This document shows positions 58,907 through 59,629 of a stretch of DNA of 59,629 nt, one piece after another. The position numbers and the translations under genes are program-made. Below the pieces are notes generated by a model. That model had not been told where the DNA came from, did not search any database, and saw nothing but the letters and a program-made list of their open reading frames with translations. The stretch spans positions 1-59,629 of the forward strand of contig JAWBAI010000006.1 of NCBI GenBank assembly GCA_038816475.1. Reading direction: 5' to 3'. Each line of letters opens with the position of its first letter. Position 1 is the stretch's first letter. Origin of the DNA: Desulfurococcaceae archaeon. GTDB taxonomy: Archaea; Thermoproteota; Thermoprotei_A; Sulfolobales; Desulfurococcaceae.

Positions 58907-59629
58907 AGAAGCCCGACAGCTACGTAGCTCGCGTACTCTGCTACCCTCGTGAATCCTGCAGGGAGATGGAGGAGAGGCTTAGAGCCCTGATCAGCGATGG
59001 CTTCGTATACCTCGTTGAAACCGGTGTAAGAGTTATCGATGTACGTGTTCTCGGTAAAGGGTACACGGGTGTAACAACAGCTGCTTTCCACAGGGAGTAC
59101 GGACTGGGAGCATTAAAGCTCTTGAGGCTGGACAGCAGGAGGAGGAGCCTGGTCCACGAAGCTGAAATGCTGATGAGAGTTCAAGAGGTTAAGGTAGCAC
59201 CTAGACTCTACGCCTACAGGGACTTCTACGTTTTCCGCGAGTACATACCAGTTGACGAGTGTAAACCAGTAACAAACTACATATCCACTCTGCTGAACAA
59301 CGGGAGAGTAGAGGAGCTGAAGAACGCTCTGAGAAGCATACTGCGATCACTCCACGAGCTAGACATCCTAGGCGTGGATCACACGGAAATAGGTAGACCA
59401 GGTGGACACGTCTTCTACTGCTTGAACGGACTAAGAGTACTCGACTGGGACAGCGCAAAGCTCTCTCGTAAACCGGTGAACTTGACATCCTTCGCATCCT
59501 TTCTACTCTACAGGTTTATACACGCGGAGAAGCTCAGAGGAGTTCTCGGCTACGAGATAAGCGAGGTTCTCCACTCGTTGAAAAACTACAAGCGAACTTA
59601 CTCGGCTAACGCCTTCACAAGTCTTCTCA
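58894..59629 (+). CDS. RIO-like kinase, COG2112/ArkI-like (runs off the window edge)
   Basis: Translated by hand: VLGKGYTG, ALKLLRLDSRR..L.HEA, VAPRLY, DHTEIGRPGGH, VLDWDSA and PVNLTS. The start position is approximate. Confidence 0.75.
   Translation, partial: MHFLEKPDSYVARVLCYPRESCREMEERLRALISDGFVYLVETGVRVIDVRVLGKGYTGVTTAAFHREYGLGALKLLRLDSRRRSLVHEAEMLMRVQEVKVAPRLYAYRDFYVFREYIPVDECKPVTNYISTLLNNGRVEELKNALRSILRSLHELDILGVDHTEIGRPGGHVFYCLNGLRVLDWDSAKLSRKPVNLTSFASFLLYRFIHAEKLRGVLGYEISEVLHSLKNYKRTYSANAFTSLL

Noticed and set aside
1-59629. Many 60-200 aa antisense or nested ORFs; tRNA/rRNA genes, integrase, att sites
   Set aside because: The shadow ORFs overlap well-supported genes. No tRNA T-loop/cloverleaf, rRNA, intact integrase or flanking direct repeat was seen by eye.

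Overview
This window looks like chromosomal DNA from a thermophilic crenarchaeon, probably Desulfurococcales-like. That assignment is an inference from gene content, TATA-box promoters and 24-nt CRISPR repeats ending in TTGAAAG. The backbone carries molybdopterin genes, feoB, a GH35 glycosidase with a sugar ABC transporter, an ECF transporter, MetRS, a ROK kinase, prs and tRNA-maturation genes (Trm11-like, RNase Z, ThpR, CCA enzyme, ArkI-like kinase). Two accessory islands interrupt it, and both start at short CRISPR arrays. Island 1 (~5.3-14.9 kb) holds an orphan 3-spacer array, an unrecognised three-gene module (PD-(D/E)XK nuclease, helical protein, P-loop ATPase), a 5mC type II R-M system with a T/G-mismatch glycosylase and a frameshifted RHH controller, and an Mrr-like nuclease. 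Island 2 (~41.9-55.8 kb) has two divergent arrays around a largely deleted cas locus, where only the 3' part of cas2 and an intact cas4 remain. That gap now contains a ParA plus RHH/integrase-core-binding pair, a candidate triple-pseudoknot RNA and a nuclease ORF with no canonical start codon. An AT-rich, complete PTS cluster follows (EI, HPr, ascorbate-family EIIA/B/C, NagA, SIS protein). All product calls come from motifs read by eye; no database searches were run.
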